Shown one piece after another: positions 52,701-62,739 of a DNA stretch of 64,000 nt. The position numbers and the translations under genes are program-made. The stretch's first letter is position 1, and every line of letters starts with the position of its first letter. Origin of the DNA: Lama glama (Eukaryota); NCBI GenBank assembly GCA_028534125.1, contig CM052816.1, positions 33,606,001 through 33,670,000 of the forward strand, in the 5' to 3' direction. The notes beneath the pieces were generated by a model. That model was not told the origin of the DNA, did not search any database, and saw nothing but the letters and a program-made list of their open reading frames with translations.

Positions 52701-55700
52701 CCCTACCCTTACAGCAGTAGCTGTATCCTCAATAACTATAGTCCTTTCCCCATGGTTTCAGTTCTCACCAGGCTCTAGGAACACTATTTCTTCTCCTTGT
52801 CCCTTTGACCTTAGGGATAGTAACAGCTTCCTACAATTAGCTGACAGTCTCTGATGCCTTCCTACTTCTACTTTCTATATGCATCTCTCAGGGAAAATTA
52901 CAAACTGCAATACTTGGGGGAAAAAAAAAAAAAAGAAAGAAAGCACATTTTTCTTGACTCTCTAAAAATCCAAACAATTCCCACTAAAAAACCCTACAGG
53001 TAAATTGCCTTCCTCTGCCACAGGCAGTGACAATGGAAGAAGTTGGGAACAAATGTCAGTCCAAGTCAAACCTTGAGAAGCACAGTGACTCTGTAACTTA
53101 GCTATCTAGGCATCCCCACTTCCACTTTACCTTTCATTCTGGACCACAAGAACCAGGTCATCTCTCAAGCTAGTAGTCCCAGGACAAACTTAGAAACCAA
53201 TTAGTAGATTAAGACAAGAAAAATCCTTCCTGAGCAGTGGAGAAAACAGAATCTAGCTTTTTCTACATGGGGAACAAGCACTTGGTTCTCAGAAAGCAAG
53301 TCATGGGCAGTGCTGTTCATAATGAAAAAGTCAATCCATATAAAGCAGTGTTGCAAACATGAATCTCTTAGGAAAATATTTTCAAAATACTCTTAAATAA
53401 ATCCTATCCTAACCAAAGAAACAAAGTAGAAAATTCCAGAGATGGGACCTGACTAGACATAAAAATGTAGTAAGCAGCTGCCCAAATAATTCTAAAGTTG
53501 ATCCCTGCCAAAGAAAACCAAACTAAAGCACCAGTGTTAAATAATTTTGAGAATTTAATGAAATCAACTTTCTCTTCCTCCAGAAAACTGAATATATGTT
53601 AAAAAAAAAAAAAGTACATGTCAGGAGTGTCCCAGATGAAGAAGAGCAACATGAAAGTCCCTCTACTACAATGACAATCAACTACTGACGGCAAAAGACA
53701 AACAAATTAAAACAGTTCAGTGATACAAACCTCTTTATTACGGGCAAATGCAGAGAAAACATTCCCATAAGCAGCAAAGACTAGCCTCCCATCTGCTGCC
53801 ATACAGCAGATATCCTGTGGAACAGAGTTACCTAGGAAAAAAAATATAAAAGGAGTAAGTTTTTTTTTTAGAAATAAAGATTTTTAAGCTCTTACAACAG
53901 AAACTTCAAGGATACGTATAACATTTTTTTCGTATAACATTTTTCATGGCTATAATTTAAAAATATGTATGTATGTATGAGAATCAGAGTACAAAATTTT
54001 GACTTTAATATTATTTCAGACATCTAATAATAACTATTACACTGAGAATATGACATCACCTTGCCCTTCCCTAAGAGAATTAACATCTGGTATTTGCAGA
54101 CACAAAAACATAATCTAAAGAAATGAGAAGAAGCTTTTTGGGTTTATAGTGGAGAAAAACTCTCACTAACTACACAAAACTGGCAAATGGTCACATGAAT
54201 GCCTTCAGGAACATCAAGTTCCTAATAACTGCAGGAAAATTTTAAAACTAAATCAAAACCTAGAACTCTGTCTAAATCTATGCTTTGGAGTAACCTTAAA
54301 GAAAACTCCATAAGATATTCTACATGCTGATCTTTAAAATGAATAATATGGTTTCCAGTCTTCTCCAAGGTAAATATGCCTATCACCTCTGGGCATTTCT
54401 CACATGATATGATTTCCTGATTCCTCTCTCACTACCGTGGTCACACTGGCCTTTTCTTTGTATTTCCTATTTTGGGAGCAGGCAGGTTAAAATACAGAGA
54501 ATTATTTTAAGTATTTTTCATGCTGATATTCTGCTTTGGGATTTCATTTCCAAAATACTATTTTTATAGTTTTATCATTCACTTAGTATTAGACTGAAGT
54601 TATAGTGCCCTTTACTGCCTTCTGTAATTGTTTTAAAAACATAAGTGTATCAGACATGCACATTAGATTCCTTACAGTTCTGTTTCTCTTACAAAGATTA
54701 TATTTGATGGTGAAACTAGAATCTCTCAGCCCTGGCAGCCTTTTATTCTAATAAACAAAAAATAATATTTTAAAATATTAAAAAAATAAATATTCCTTCC
54801 ATTGGAAATAATATCAAAATGTGGCAAAGGGAAAACTCTTACACTAGAATGATAGAATCAGAAAATGCTTATTTGGTAATCATCATACTAATAACTGATT
54901 CAGGCAAGAATCATGACTAAATGATACAATTAGCAGTAGGTAAAACTTTGAAGAGTAAAAGGATATTTACACAGTCTCAATGTATCTTACCATATATACT
55001 TACTACATTTATTAGTAACAAAGAATCCTGATAAACGTCACCTTAAGCAAATGATCAAAGTTATCACTGCCAGGAAGAGGACTAACCAAGAGCATGTGCC
55101 TCCTGATATGGCTCACTGAGAATTTAGCATCATTTCTTTGTTATTCTTCTCATACTGAATAACCTGAATCTATAATCATCAAGAAAGAATTTGAAGAATA
55201 TGCTGAAAAAGAACTAGCCTATATACTCTTCGAAAATATCCGGGTTGTGAAACACAAAGAAAGTCTGATGAATTAGTCTAGATTAAAGATGAAAGAGACT
55301 TGATAACCGAAAGCAATACAGGATTCTGTTCTGGACTTATTTTAAGTATAGATTTTTAAATTTTTAAATAAAAAAAAATTTTAACGATACCAAACATGCA
55401 TAAATTCAGGGTAAAGTCTATACTTACTTATTGCAACCAGACTAAGTTTCTGAACCTGTTTAAAAATTAAAAAAAAAAGATTAAATTTTCACTAACAAAA
55501 ACAATTATAATAATCTAACATGTGAAGATTTAACCTCATATATAAATTTGCTATGCTGGCCTTCCTTAAAAAGATACTTACTGATCCTAATTTTCATTAT
55601 TAGAAAAACTTATATTTTCAAGTATTTCATCAGGAGTGGTGATGGAAGGGTAGGTGTCATATAATTCTTTATATGGGTTATATAGTAAATATTTTAAGGT

Positions 55701-57691
55701 TCTGTATGCTTTGTGGGTTTTGCTGCAATTACTCAACTGATAACATACCATGAATACAGGCACATACAATACACAAACAAATGTGCTTGGTGGGGAGGGT
55801 ACAGCTCAAGTGGTAGAGCGCATGCTTAGCATGCACAAGGTCCTGGGTTCAACAGCCAGTACCTCCTCCAAATAGAAATAAATAAATAAACCTAATTACC
55901 TCCCCTTCATAAAACAAACAACAACAAAAGCAAAACGTGTGCTTTGATAAATAAGTGTGCTTGACTATATTCCAATAAATTTGATTTATGGATACAGAAA
56001 TATAATTTTCAAAATTTTCATATGCCATAAAATATTATTCTTTCATTTCCCAAACATTTAAAATTGTCAAAACTATCCATCTCAGAAGCACAGAGCTCAG
56101 ATGGGCATAACTGAAATTCAAACCACAGAGATGTAAGAATGTAAGGCTGAAAGGGCTCTTAAAAAGCAGTTAATCTGTTTCTCAAATGGGAGTAGACGAG
56201 TATCTCCATCCCACACAAAAATTGTGATTATTCTGCATCCTACTTCTATGCAAATTTTACTTGAAAATTATGCTATATTAGAATAAACACAAACACATAG
56301 AAAAATAAATTTTTTTTAGTATCATGGGTCATACGAAAATAAACAGGTGGCAAAACTGGCTTGCAGGCTGTAGTTTGTGGACCCTCATCTATGGTTACTG
56401 ATTCAGCTGTGTGACTTTCAGAAAGTTACTCAACCTCCCTGTGCCTCAAGTGCCTCAACTGTAACATAAGGATCAAAATAGGTACTTACTTCAAGGGATT
56501 ATTATGAGGATTCAATGAGTAAAATTTGTGTAAAACAGAACAGAATACAGTAAATGCTCAATAAACATTAGCAGCTATCACCACCACCATCTTCATCCTG
56601 GGGATGGCCTTCACTTTCTCTTCCTCACTTTCTCTCCCACTAACAATCGGCTGTCAACAAGTAGCTCTTCTTGTTAATAACCCATATGATTTTCACAACC
56701 CTTCAAGGAATACAACTGTACATCACAGTTTCCAGAAAAAGCACTTAACACTGACTATTCTCGCCCTCCTTCTCATAAAAAAGTCCCTTCTTTCACAGAG
56801 CACACATTCATTTGAAGACAAAAGAAACAATATACATAGCAACAAAAGGCTATTTCAATGACTGATGAGACATATAAAGGAGAAAAACCATCACTAACAA
56901 GCAGAAGGCCTTGGGCAAGTAATATTTTTTTTTCTGAGATTTAGTTTCCTAGTTTATATAAAGGTGCTACAGAATGACAAACATTCTTCTTGCAAAGAAA
57001 CTGCTGCAAGGCTTAGAGTAAGTGGCACCGTGTCAGACCCTCAACATTGGTAGAAAATAGACGCTCAGAGGAAAGATTAGGGAAATTAGTTTGTTATCAA
57101 ATGTGGACAGTCCCCTAAATCATAATTAATCTCACCACCTCCAGGTCTCCCAATGAAGTTTAAGACGAATTTCTAACCCAGCTCTTGTCGCGAACTGCAC
57201 AATAAAATGGCTTGCAAGTATAATTCAGAATGGGGGAAGGGGCAGGGCTAGGGACTGTTCTTAATCACATTTACAACCTCAAGGGAAGTTCAGTATTTGC
57301 TGAGCAAACGTATTGCCATAGAACTGAAATGTTCTGCAGTACCTCTCCCTAGCCAGACTGCCTCCGAAACTCGTCCCAAGTGGACTGCAAGGGCTAAATC
57401 AGCACGTGGATGTGATGCAGTAGCGAAAGCCCTTGGTAGGTCGGGGAGGAGAGCCGGATCTTCCCAGGACAGAGCTGTGGGCCGGGGAGGGTGTTTCCCG
57501 GGAAGTATGCGAAGGAAAAAGGCACTCACATCATAGGTGTGGAAGCTCTTGCCCACGCAGGTCGTCACATAGAATCGGCGCTTCAGCGCACTGAACCGCA
57601 CCACGTGAGGAATGTCGTTACTGAAAAGCCCCAAAGCCCGGAACCCCGCGAACAGGGAGCTGGCAGTGCGGTCTCCTGCGCCTCGCTCCAT
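20929..57691 (-). CDS. WDR36: WD repeat-containing protein 36 (UTP21 orthologue), complete gene span, 23 coding exons, 2688 nt, 895 aa
   Basis: Spliced translation [33 protein letters not shown]...NYIKSALL* matches the recalled mammalian WDR36. All 22 introns are GT-AG, phases are consistent and exon lengths sum to 896 codons. Confidence 0.98.
21790..21990. mobile_element. MER3/MER33-like hAT-Charlie remnant
   Basis: GTGCTGTCCA...TTCAAGTGCTCAGGAGCTACATGTGGC. Confidence 0.6.
22032..22219 (-). CDS. WDR36: WDR36 exon 22 (188 nt)
   Basis: CAG|(Y)[29 protein letters not shown]...[16 protein letters not shown]. Confidence 0.95.
23520..23601 (-). CDS. WDR36: WDR36 exon 21 (82 nt)
   Basis: [36 protein letters not shown]. 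Confidence 0.95.
23785..23904 (-). CDS. WDR36: WDR36 exon 20 (120 nt)
   Basis: [49 protein letters not shown]. Confidence 0.95.
26284..26429 (-). CDS. WDR36: WDR36 exon 19 (146 nt)
   Basis: AAG|(D)[54 protein letters not shown]; start of the Utp21 C-terminal region. Confidence 0.95.
26824..26921 (-). CDS. WDR36: WDR36 exon 18 (98 nt)
   Basis: CAG|(W)[38 protein letters not shown]. Confidence 0.95.
28089..28886 (-). mobile_element. L1 3' end (5'-truncated), WDR36 intron 17
   Basis: Poly-T then antisense L1 3' UTR and ORF2 end (CCCAGGAGTGGGATTGCTGGATCAT, CATTCCCACCAACAGTG). Confidence 0.9.
29009..29116 (-). CDS. WDR36: WDR36 exon 17 (108 nt)
   Basis: CAG|(C)[41 protein letters not shown]. 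Confidence 0.95.
34465..34544 (-). CDS. WDR36: WDR36 exon 16 (80 nt)
   Basis: [35 protein letters not shown]. Confidence 0.95.
36342..36450 (-). CDS. WDR36: WDR36 exon 15 (109 nt)
   Basis: TAG|(S)[42 protein letters not shown]. Confidence 0.95.
36622..36838 (+). mobile_element. Tigger2/MER8-like non-autonomous DNA transposon
   Basis: TA-CAGTTAACCACTGAACA ... AAACCTGTGTTGTTCAGGG terminal inverted repeats. Confidence 0.75.
36915..37080 (-). CDS. WDR36: WDR36 exon 14 (166 nt)
   Basis: AAG|(A)[31 protein letters not shown]...MLLHRD|GTAAAG. Confidence 0.95.
37546..37660 (-). CDS. WDR36: WDR36 exon 13 (115 nt)
   Basis: [47 protein letters not shown]. Confidence 0.95.
38699..39012 (-). mobile_element. 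MER44 (Tigger7-family) DNA transposon
   Basis: CTTATCTGCAGGGGATATGTTCCAAGAC ... GGAAAGGGAGGACTACT termini. Confidence 0.75.
39302..39344. repeat. (CA)~21 microsatellite
   Basis: Perfect AC dinucleotide run. Confidence 0.97.
39370..39615. mobile_element. MIR SINE
   Basis: GGTTCAAATTCCAGCTCT...ATTTACTAG...GCCTGGAACA..AATGTTAGCT. Confidence 0.6.
39822..42563 (+). mobile_element. 5'-truncated L1 (ORF2 RT/C-terminal remnant + 3' UTR), WDR36 intron 12
   Basis: ORF 40016-40234 ([22 protein letters not shown]) is L1 ORF2-like; AATAAA near 42544; TSD AGCAGAGGCA at 39812-39821 and 42564-42573. Confidence 0.92.
40728..41542 (-). mobile_element. Younger L1 3' end nested antisense in the older L1, with (TA)n tail
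   Basis: Similar to 28089-28886; flanked by TCAAAATTA at 40697-40705 and 41543-41551. Confidence 0.88.
43191..43336 (-). CDS. WDR36: WDR36 exon 12 (146 nt)
   Basis: [58 protein letters not shown]. Confidence 0.95.
43380..43915 (-). mobile_element. L2 remnant
   Basis: CATTCATTCA..ATTTATTAAG tail; TTTTAAGCAG..TTTAGAACGATCACTCAGGCT. Confidence 0.6.
44508..44594 (-). CDS. WDR36: WDR36 exon 11 (87 nt)
   Basis: CAG|(G)[34 protein letters not shown]. Confidence 0.95.
45550..45615 (-). CDS. WDR36: WDR36 exon 10 (66 nt)
   Basis: CAG|(S)[27 protein letters not shown]. Confidence 0.95.
46102..46222 (-). CDS. WDR36: WDR36 exon 9 (121 nt)
   Basis: [49 protein letters not shown]. Confidence 0.95.
46533..46708 (-). 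CDS. WDR36: WDR36 exon 8 (176 nt)
   Basis: [25 protein letters not shown]...[15 protein letters not shown]. Confidence 0.95.
46982..47114 (-). CDS. WDR36: WDR36 exon 7 (133 nt)
   Basis: [53 protein letters not shown]. Confidence 0.95.
47271..47412 (-). mobile_element. tRNA-derived SINE (same family), WDR36 intron 6
   Basis: Reverse complement of the same head and tail (GGTTCAATCCCTAGTACCTC, CCTAATTACC); imperfect TSD ATTC(A/T)GGCATACTT. Confidence 0.85.
48655..48709 (-). CDS. WDR36: WDR36 exon 6 (55 nt)
   Basis: TAG|(N)[24 protein letters not shown]. Confidence 0.94.
50182..50314 (-). CDS. WDR36: WDR36 exon 5 (133 nt)
   Basis: [53 protein letters not shown]. Confidence 0.95.
52147..52264 (-). 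CDS. WDR36: WDR36 exon 4 (118 nt)
   Basis: [48 protein letters not shown]. Confidence 0.95.
53731..53831 (-). CDS. WDR36: WDR36 exon 3 (101 nt)
   Basis: TAG|..[39 protein letters not shown]. Confidence 0.95.
54800..55335 (+). mobile_element. Old L1MC-type 3' UTR fragment
   Basis: CACCTTAAGCAAATGATCAAAGTTATCAC..CATGTGCCTCCTGATATG motif. Confidence 0.6.
55428..55455 (-). CDS. WDR36: WDR36 exon 2 (28-nt microexon)
   Basis: CAG|GTTCAGAAACTTAGTCTGGTTGCAATAA|GTAAGT = VQKLSLVAI(S). Confidence 0.93.
55789..55935 (+). mobile_element. tRNA-derived SINE (same family), WDR36 intron 1
   Basis: GGGGAGGGTACAGCTCAAGTGGTAGAGCGCATGCTTAGCATGC...(TAAA)nCCTAATTACC with A-rich tail; partial TSD TGTGCTT. Confidence 0.88.
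56395..56580. mobile_element. MIR SINE
   Basis: GCTGTGTGACTTT..AAGTTACTCAACCTCCCTGTGCCTCA core; TAAATGCTCAATAAA end. Confidence 0.75.
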
Positions 57692-58030
57692 CGCTGCCGC
57701 GGTACGGGTTCCTAGCGGCTTCAGTCCAGGTGGGAATCGCGAAACCGAGCCCGTCGGCGCGTCTCGTGGTGCAGTCCTCTGCCGGGGCAGCAGGATCCCA
57801 AACGCTTCCGGTGCTCGCTGCCAATCGCGTGAGCGGAGACTGACCTCAGTGCAATTGAGAAAGAGCTCCCTCCGGCACTCAAAGGGGAGGCGCAACTTCA
57901 GTTCCTCACGGTACAGCCTCTAGCAGTTTAGAGGTGCTTCCCACCTCTGCGGGGTCTGGAAGAAACTCGAGTCACTTCAGCCGGACTTTAGGGAAGGGGA
58001 ACGACTAGGGAAGCACCCGGCCCCGGAGGA
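57400..58030 (-). promoter_or_regulatory. CpG island / promoter and 5' UTR of WDR36
   Basis: Sharp rise in GC and CpG around exon 1; ETS/GABPA-type ACCGGAAGCG (minus, 57803-57812); CCAAT at 57821-57825; no TATA evident. Confidence 0.85.
57530..57691 (-). CDS. WDR36: WDR36 exon 1 coding part (162 nt)
   Basis: GCGATGG strong Kozak context; MERGAGDRT...KSFHTYD; donor GAT|GTGAGT. Confidence 0.96.
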
Positions 58031-58089
58031 TGAAGGAGTGACAAGTCTTAACCCAGATGGAGTCAGGTTTAACGTGTGATTATGAAAAT

Positions 58090-58545
58090 ATATGAAACGA
58101 TTAGACTATCGAGAAAATCTGAACACTGACTGGGTATTTGCTGATACTAAGAAATTGTTGTTTTTAAAATACGTGATAGTAGGCAGGCCTGGCGCGCACG
58201 CTGCCGGGCTGTATCGCCGCCCCCGCCGCCGTCGGGACGGGAAGTGAGCCGCGGGGGCCTAAAAAAAATAAAAAATAAAAAATAAAATAAAATAAAATAA
58301 AATAGAATACGTGATAGTAGTTTCGTGATTATGCTTTTAAAAATCCTTATCTTTAGGAGGTATATCTTTATGAATGGGCTTATTGTGTGGGGATTTGCTT
58401 TAAAAATAATTGGGGATGAGGTGTAGAGTTTAGATAACACAGGATTAATAATTGTTGAATCTGGGAAATGGGTATGTGAGAGTTCATAATACTGTCCTTA
58501 TACTTCCATATAAAATTGAAAGTTCCCATAATAAAGTTTTTATTT
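58090..58545 (+). mobile_element. Old L1MC/ME 3' end interrupted by the GC-rich retroinsert
   Basis: ACTGGGTATTTGCTGATACTAAGAAATTGTTG...TTGTTGAATCTGGGAAATGGGTATGTGAGAGTTCAT...CATAATAAA; sequence is continuous across the TSD. Confidence 0.7.
58183..58305 (+). mobile_element. Short retroposed GC-rich sequence (78 nt + A-rich tail) with 15-bp TSD
   Basis: AATACGTGATAGTAG at 58168-58182 and 58306-58320; A-rich tail 58261-58305; TTTTT/AAAA L1 endonuclease-type site. Confidence 0.88.
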
Positions 58546-59691
58546 GCTTTTTACTGAGTTTCTTTAAAGTAAAATACAGATTGGAATATTAATGGATTAT
58601 TTATTTTTTACATGTGAGTCATGGGGATATGTACAACTGGTTTTAATTACTAGATTAACATTTTGAGAGTTTTTTAAACTGTGTATAAGGCAGATATTGC
58701 TTTTATAATTACAAAAAAAGACTTCTGTATATATTGGTAGTTTGGGGAGAAAATTGAAAAAGTTCCCCCATCAGGACTTTACAGTTCACAAAGCTCTTGA
58801 TAACACTCATTATTTTAATATAATCCTCAGATTAAGACTGTGAGGTGTTTAAGGTACAAATTATATTGTTATTTTACAAATGAGGAAATCTGTTCATTGG
58901 AGTTAAATGATTTTTCCAAGGTTCCAAGATTATTTGGTGCTAAAATCCAGACTAGCACAAGGTTTAGAAAAGGAGAACAGATAACTGAAGGGCAGCTGAA
59001 AGGTGGGAGAGAGAATGTATTCAGCAATCATATTTTCAAAACCAGACATTGGGCCACATGTTGTGTGTGTATTCACATTGGATAAGAAACCTGAGTTTCT
59101 CAGAGATTACCTAACTTGTCCAGGATTACTTAATGGTACTGTAACAATTTGAATTTAGGCTTGTTGATCAGATTTATGTTCTTTGACCTACATCTGGACA
59201 GTGAGACAAAAGTTTAAAAATTACAATTCTCATGGAAAAAATGGTAGCAATACATACATGTTAGCTGTTGTACTGGGATCTTTTAAAGGGACCATGTTAT
59301 GGGCTGATTGTGAGTTTTCCAGCTTTAACAGTTGGTCAGAGTTCATTTCTCCCTACCAGTTGCCTCCCTGAGTTACTTGCTATTCATCTGCCAGCAAAGT
59401 GTTTGAATGCATTGTGGGAGAAAAGGAACTAGCTATTGCTCTTTTTACTTAGAGATGCCCCTAAGGACACTAGTACCAATTTAGTACAAAAGAAAAGATG
59501 GATGTAGCAGATCATTGACAAATGATCATTTTCAATTTGATTCAATGCATTGGGGCTTCACAATATTCAGATATATTAAATACATAACTGTCATGTTGTC
59601 ATTTCTAACTTTAAAAAAAAGTTAAATATGACTTTTTTTGAGTAGTTAATATAATAAAGACCATTTCTTTTTTGTTACTAACTTGATGTAT

Positions 59692-60181
59692 TGTGATCAC
59701 CAGCCTCCAAGGTGACCTCAATGACTCTTACTTCCTGGTATTCATCCCTTTGTGTAGTCCCATCTCACACTGTAACCAGGCTAAGTCATAAAAAATATTG
59801 AAGATTTTGACTTGCTCTTTCCTGGGTCATTTGCTCTGTAGGAAGTCAACAGCCATGCTGGGAAGATACTTAAGCTGTCTTATGGACTATTTTACGTAGT
59901 GAGGAACTGAGGGCCTCCTGCCAACCCCTCAGTACTAGCTTGCTAGACATGTGAGTAAAGCACCTTAAAAGTATATTCTCCAGCCCCAGTAAAGCCTTCA
60001 GATAACTGCAGCCATGGAGACATCTTGACTTCAACCTTATGAAAGACTTTGAGCCAGAACTGCTCTATTAAGCCTTTCCTGAATTCCTGGGTCTCCACTG
60101 TATAATATAATAAATGTTTATTGCTGTTTTAGACCACTAAATTTTGGAGTTATTTGTTACACATTAATATATAACCAGTAT
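59692..60181 (+). mobile_element. MLT1(F/G)-type MaLR solo LTR
   Basis: TGTGATCACCAGCCTCCAAGGTGACCTCAATGA ... CAGCCCCAGTAAAGCCTTCAGATAACTGCAGCC ... TTTGTTACAC. Confidence 0.8.
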
Positions 60182-62739
60182 ATTTATATTTAACTTGCTA
60201 ATCAAATTTGGAAGTACTTTTATTTTATTTCATTGTATTGGCAGAAGCATGTTGGAAACCCAAGGGGATTTCAAGATCTTGCCTGTCTACTCCCTTATTT
60301 CACAGATGAGTGAATCACTGTGGACAACAACTGTGAAATTAGGTGGTAGAGGAGCGGGTACCATGTATCAGTGCTTCTTATTGTCAATCTAATACTTTCT
60401 CCTTTGGGGAGTTGTTCATTCTGGCTGCTCTACTTTTCCTCTGGTGGTGGCAAATGTAGGGGAACAGATCTGTTGCTGGTTCAGTAGTACCACTGTAATA
60501 CATACTGCGCTGAGACGTTGTTAACCAGGGTAGAAATAGAGAGATTTGCTGAATATGTGAGATCTTTTCCACAGGTAAGCATGTAGATGTCACTAAAATG
60601 TTGTCATGGCAATTCTGATCCAGAGTTTGGAGACTATAGGAAATGTTTGTTTTAACCAGCCTCCTTGAGAAATGCCACTTAAAGGTTGCAGCATAGAGAA
60701 ACGTCTTTATCAGCATATCATTTATTTCAACTTTTTTCATGTAAATCCTTTTTTAAAATGTATCAAATACTACTCTCTGCTTTCAGCGTAATAAAGAATT
60801 TAAGTTAATCTGTGTCAGTTAGGTACATAGTAAACACAGAGCCAGTCCTGAGAATTATCAATGTTGCTGCCTTTATGAAAATGACATGGAATGGATGGTG
60901 GATGCGCTTCTAAGACTCAGAACAAACTTTTATCTGATTAAGCAACAGCAAATGAAACAGTTCTTCAATAGTACCAATGCTAGCACTTAGCCTGAAAGAA
61001 GAGTCAGCTCCCTGGAAACCACATGCTTAGGATTTGCCATCACTATAGGTGTCCACGTAACCTTACCCTCTTCCAAGATCAGGCTGGAGCATTTCTTTGT
61101 TTTAAATATCCTTTTACTTCCTTTTTCAATCATGATGGGAAGTTCTCCATAGTGATGAGCTGGGATAATAGGACATATAGGCCATCAGCATCAGATGACA
61201 ATATTGTAGAAATAACCCTCAATGTTCTCCTATTCTCTTGAAAACTTTTCTGACTTGGGTGCCAGAAATCCAGGCCCCACAGTGATCTGTAAAAGGTTAC
61301 CTTCCCAAAGGACATTGCCTTTCATGTAACAGCTTCTCCTAAGTATGCCATGCAGTCTCTCCCCTGAGTAGAATGTCTGGTATGAGACTAGACCCATGTA
61401 GACCCACTTCCTTTCTTTCCTCCTCATTTTTAGAAATATCCTACGCTATATTGATGGTAATAGAGTTTTCTTCTGCATTCCTTACCAGACATTCCTGACA
61501 CAATGGGAGTAAGAGAAGCAGGGGGGAATAAAAAAGAATGGAAGAAATTAATCAGCAGTTATTATAGAATTTCTTACCCTGCATTAGATCTTCATAATTA
61601 TCTTGAAGGAAGTGTTAGCATGTTTTGTTATCAATATGATTTGAGCAAATTTTAGGTACATAATAAACCCAAAATGAGGACATTATGGCTAGAGGTGTCC
61701 ACCAGCCTGGACAATTGTTAGGAGGAATTGAGGGCATTATTTTCCATGCTTATCTTACTGGTACAGGATCAGCATGCACTGGTGCAAAAATGGTCTCCAT
61801 AGAAACAATACTCTGACCATCAAAGACCTCCCAAAACTAGAAATTTTGAAGGAATAGTGCATTCTTGTCTTTTTCTTCCTTATTTTTTTGTTCTGCTATA
61901 AATCTCAAAAGGCCACATACAACTATGTTTAGTCAGTTTAGAATTCCAAGTAACTGAATACATGGCTGGATGCCTGATTAAATTATTGTTACTGGTGGTG
62001 GTCATTATGCAAAAGAATCACTGAGGACCTACAACCCAGTATTCAGATTCAGAAGGAAAGTGGTAGACTACAGATAATCTGCATTTAACAAGCTTCTCAG
62101 GTGATTCTGACACTGGTAGTCTGCAAGCCACTTTGAAACCTCTTGACCACTGAGGAAATGGCTGGTGAGAAAACAGTGATGTTGTTGGATACTGGAAATA
62201 AGATCATGGAATGTGTCCTTCCAGTACTTCTTATCACGGCTTCAAACTCTGGCACCAGTTGAGAAAGGGCTCCACTAAAATTACATGGTTTTGCATGATG
62301 GAAAATTGCAGTCACATATGGTCCTCAAATTCATTACATTCACCCTGAAGTCTTCAGGCAAGTTCCAGGAAAAGAATAACTGAATCTCATTTAAGAATTA
62401 TTTGCAGCTCTTTAGGAATAATGAGGCTGTTAATTCTACTCTTCTGGAGACTAGGGTTTACTTTCCTAGAGAAATGAATCCTAAGTAATCCAGATTCGGA
62501 CAGGAGGTACAGAAGGGTGTTGCAGCTGAGACTGGCAGATGAAATGAACATCACACATTGACCAGTGGATCTCCCAGTTCCTTCCACCCCATGCTCCTAG
62601 AAAGCCAACCTTCAGGCCTGTGTATTACCTCCACATAGAAGATTGCAGGAAAATGCAGGAAAACTGAACAGTACCTATAGTTCCTGCCGTTTGGTGATCT
62701 CATGCTGAAAATCTCGTGCCTGTCACCTAAATGACCAAC

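Noticed and set aside
20929..57691. Minor-spliceosome (U12) introns in WDR36
   Set aside because: No donor matches RTATCCTT; all 22 are ordinary U2-type GT-AG.
57290..57895. 201-aa ORF as a standalone protein
   Set aside because: It is WDR36 exon 1 plus 5' sequence (TTG start) reading through the GTGAGT donor into intron 1.
57297..57923. Plus-strand ORFs (74-103 aa) as an antisense gene
   Set aside because: They start at non-ATG codons or lie in stop-poor GC-rich DNA and resemble no known protein.
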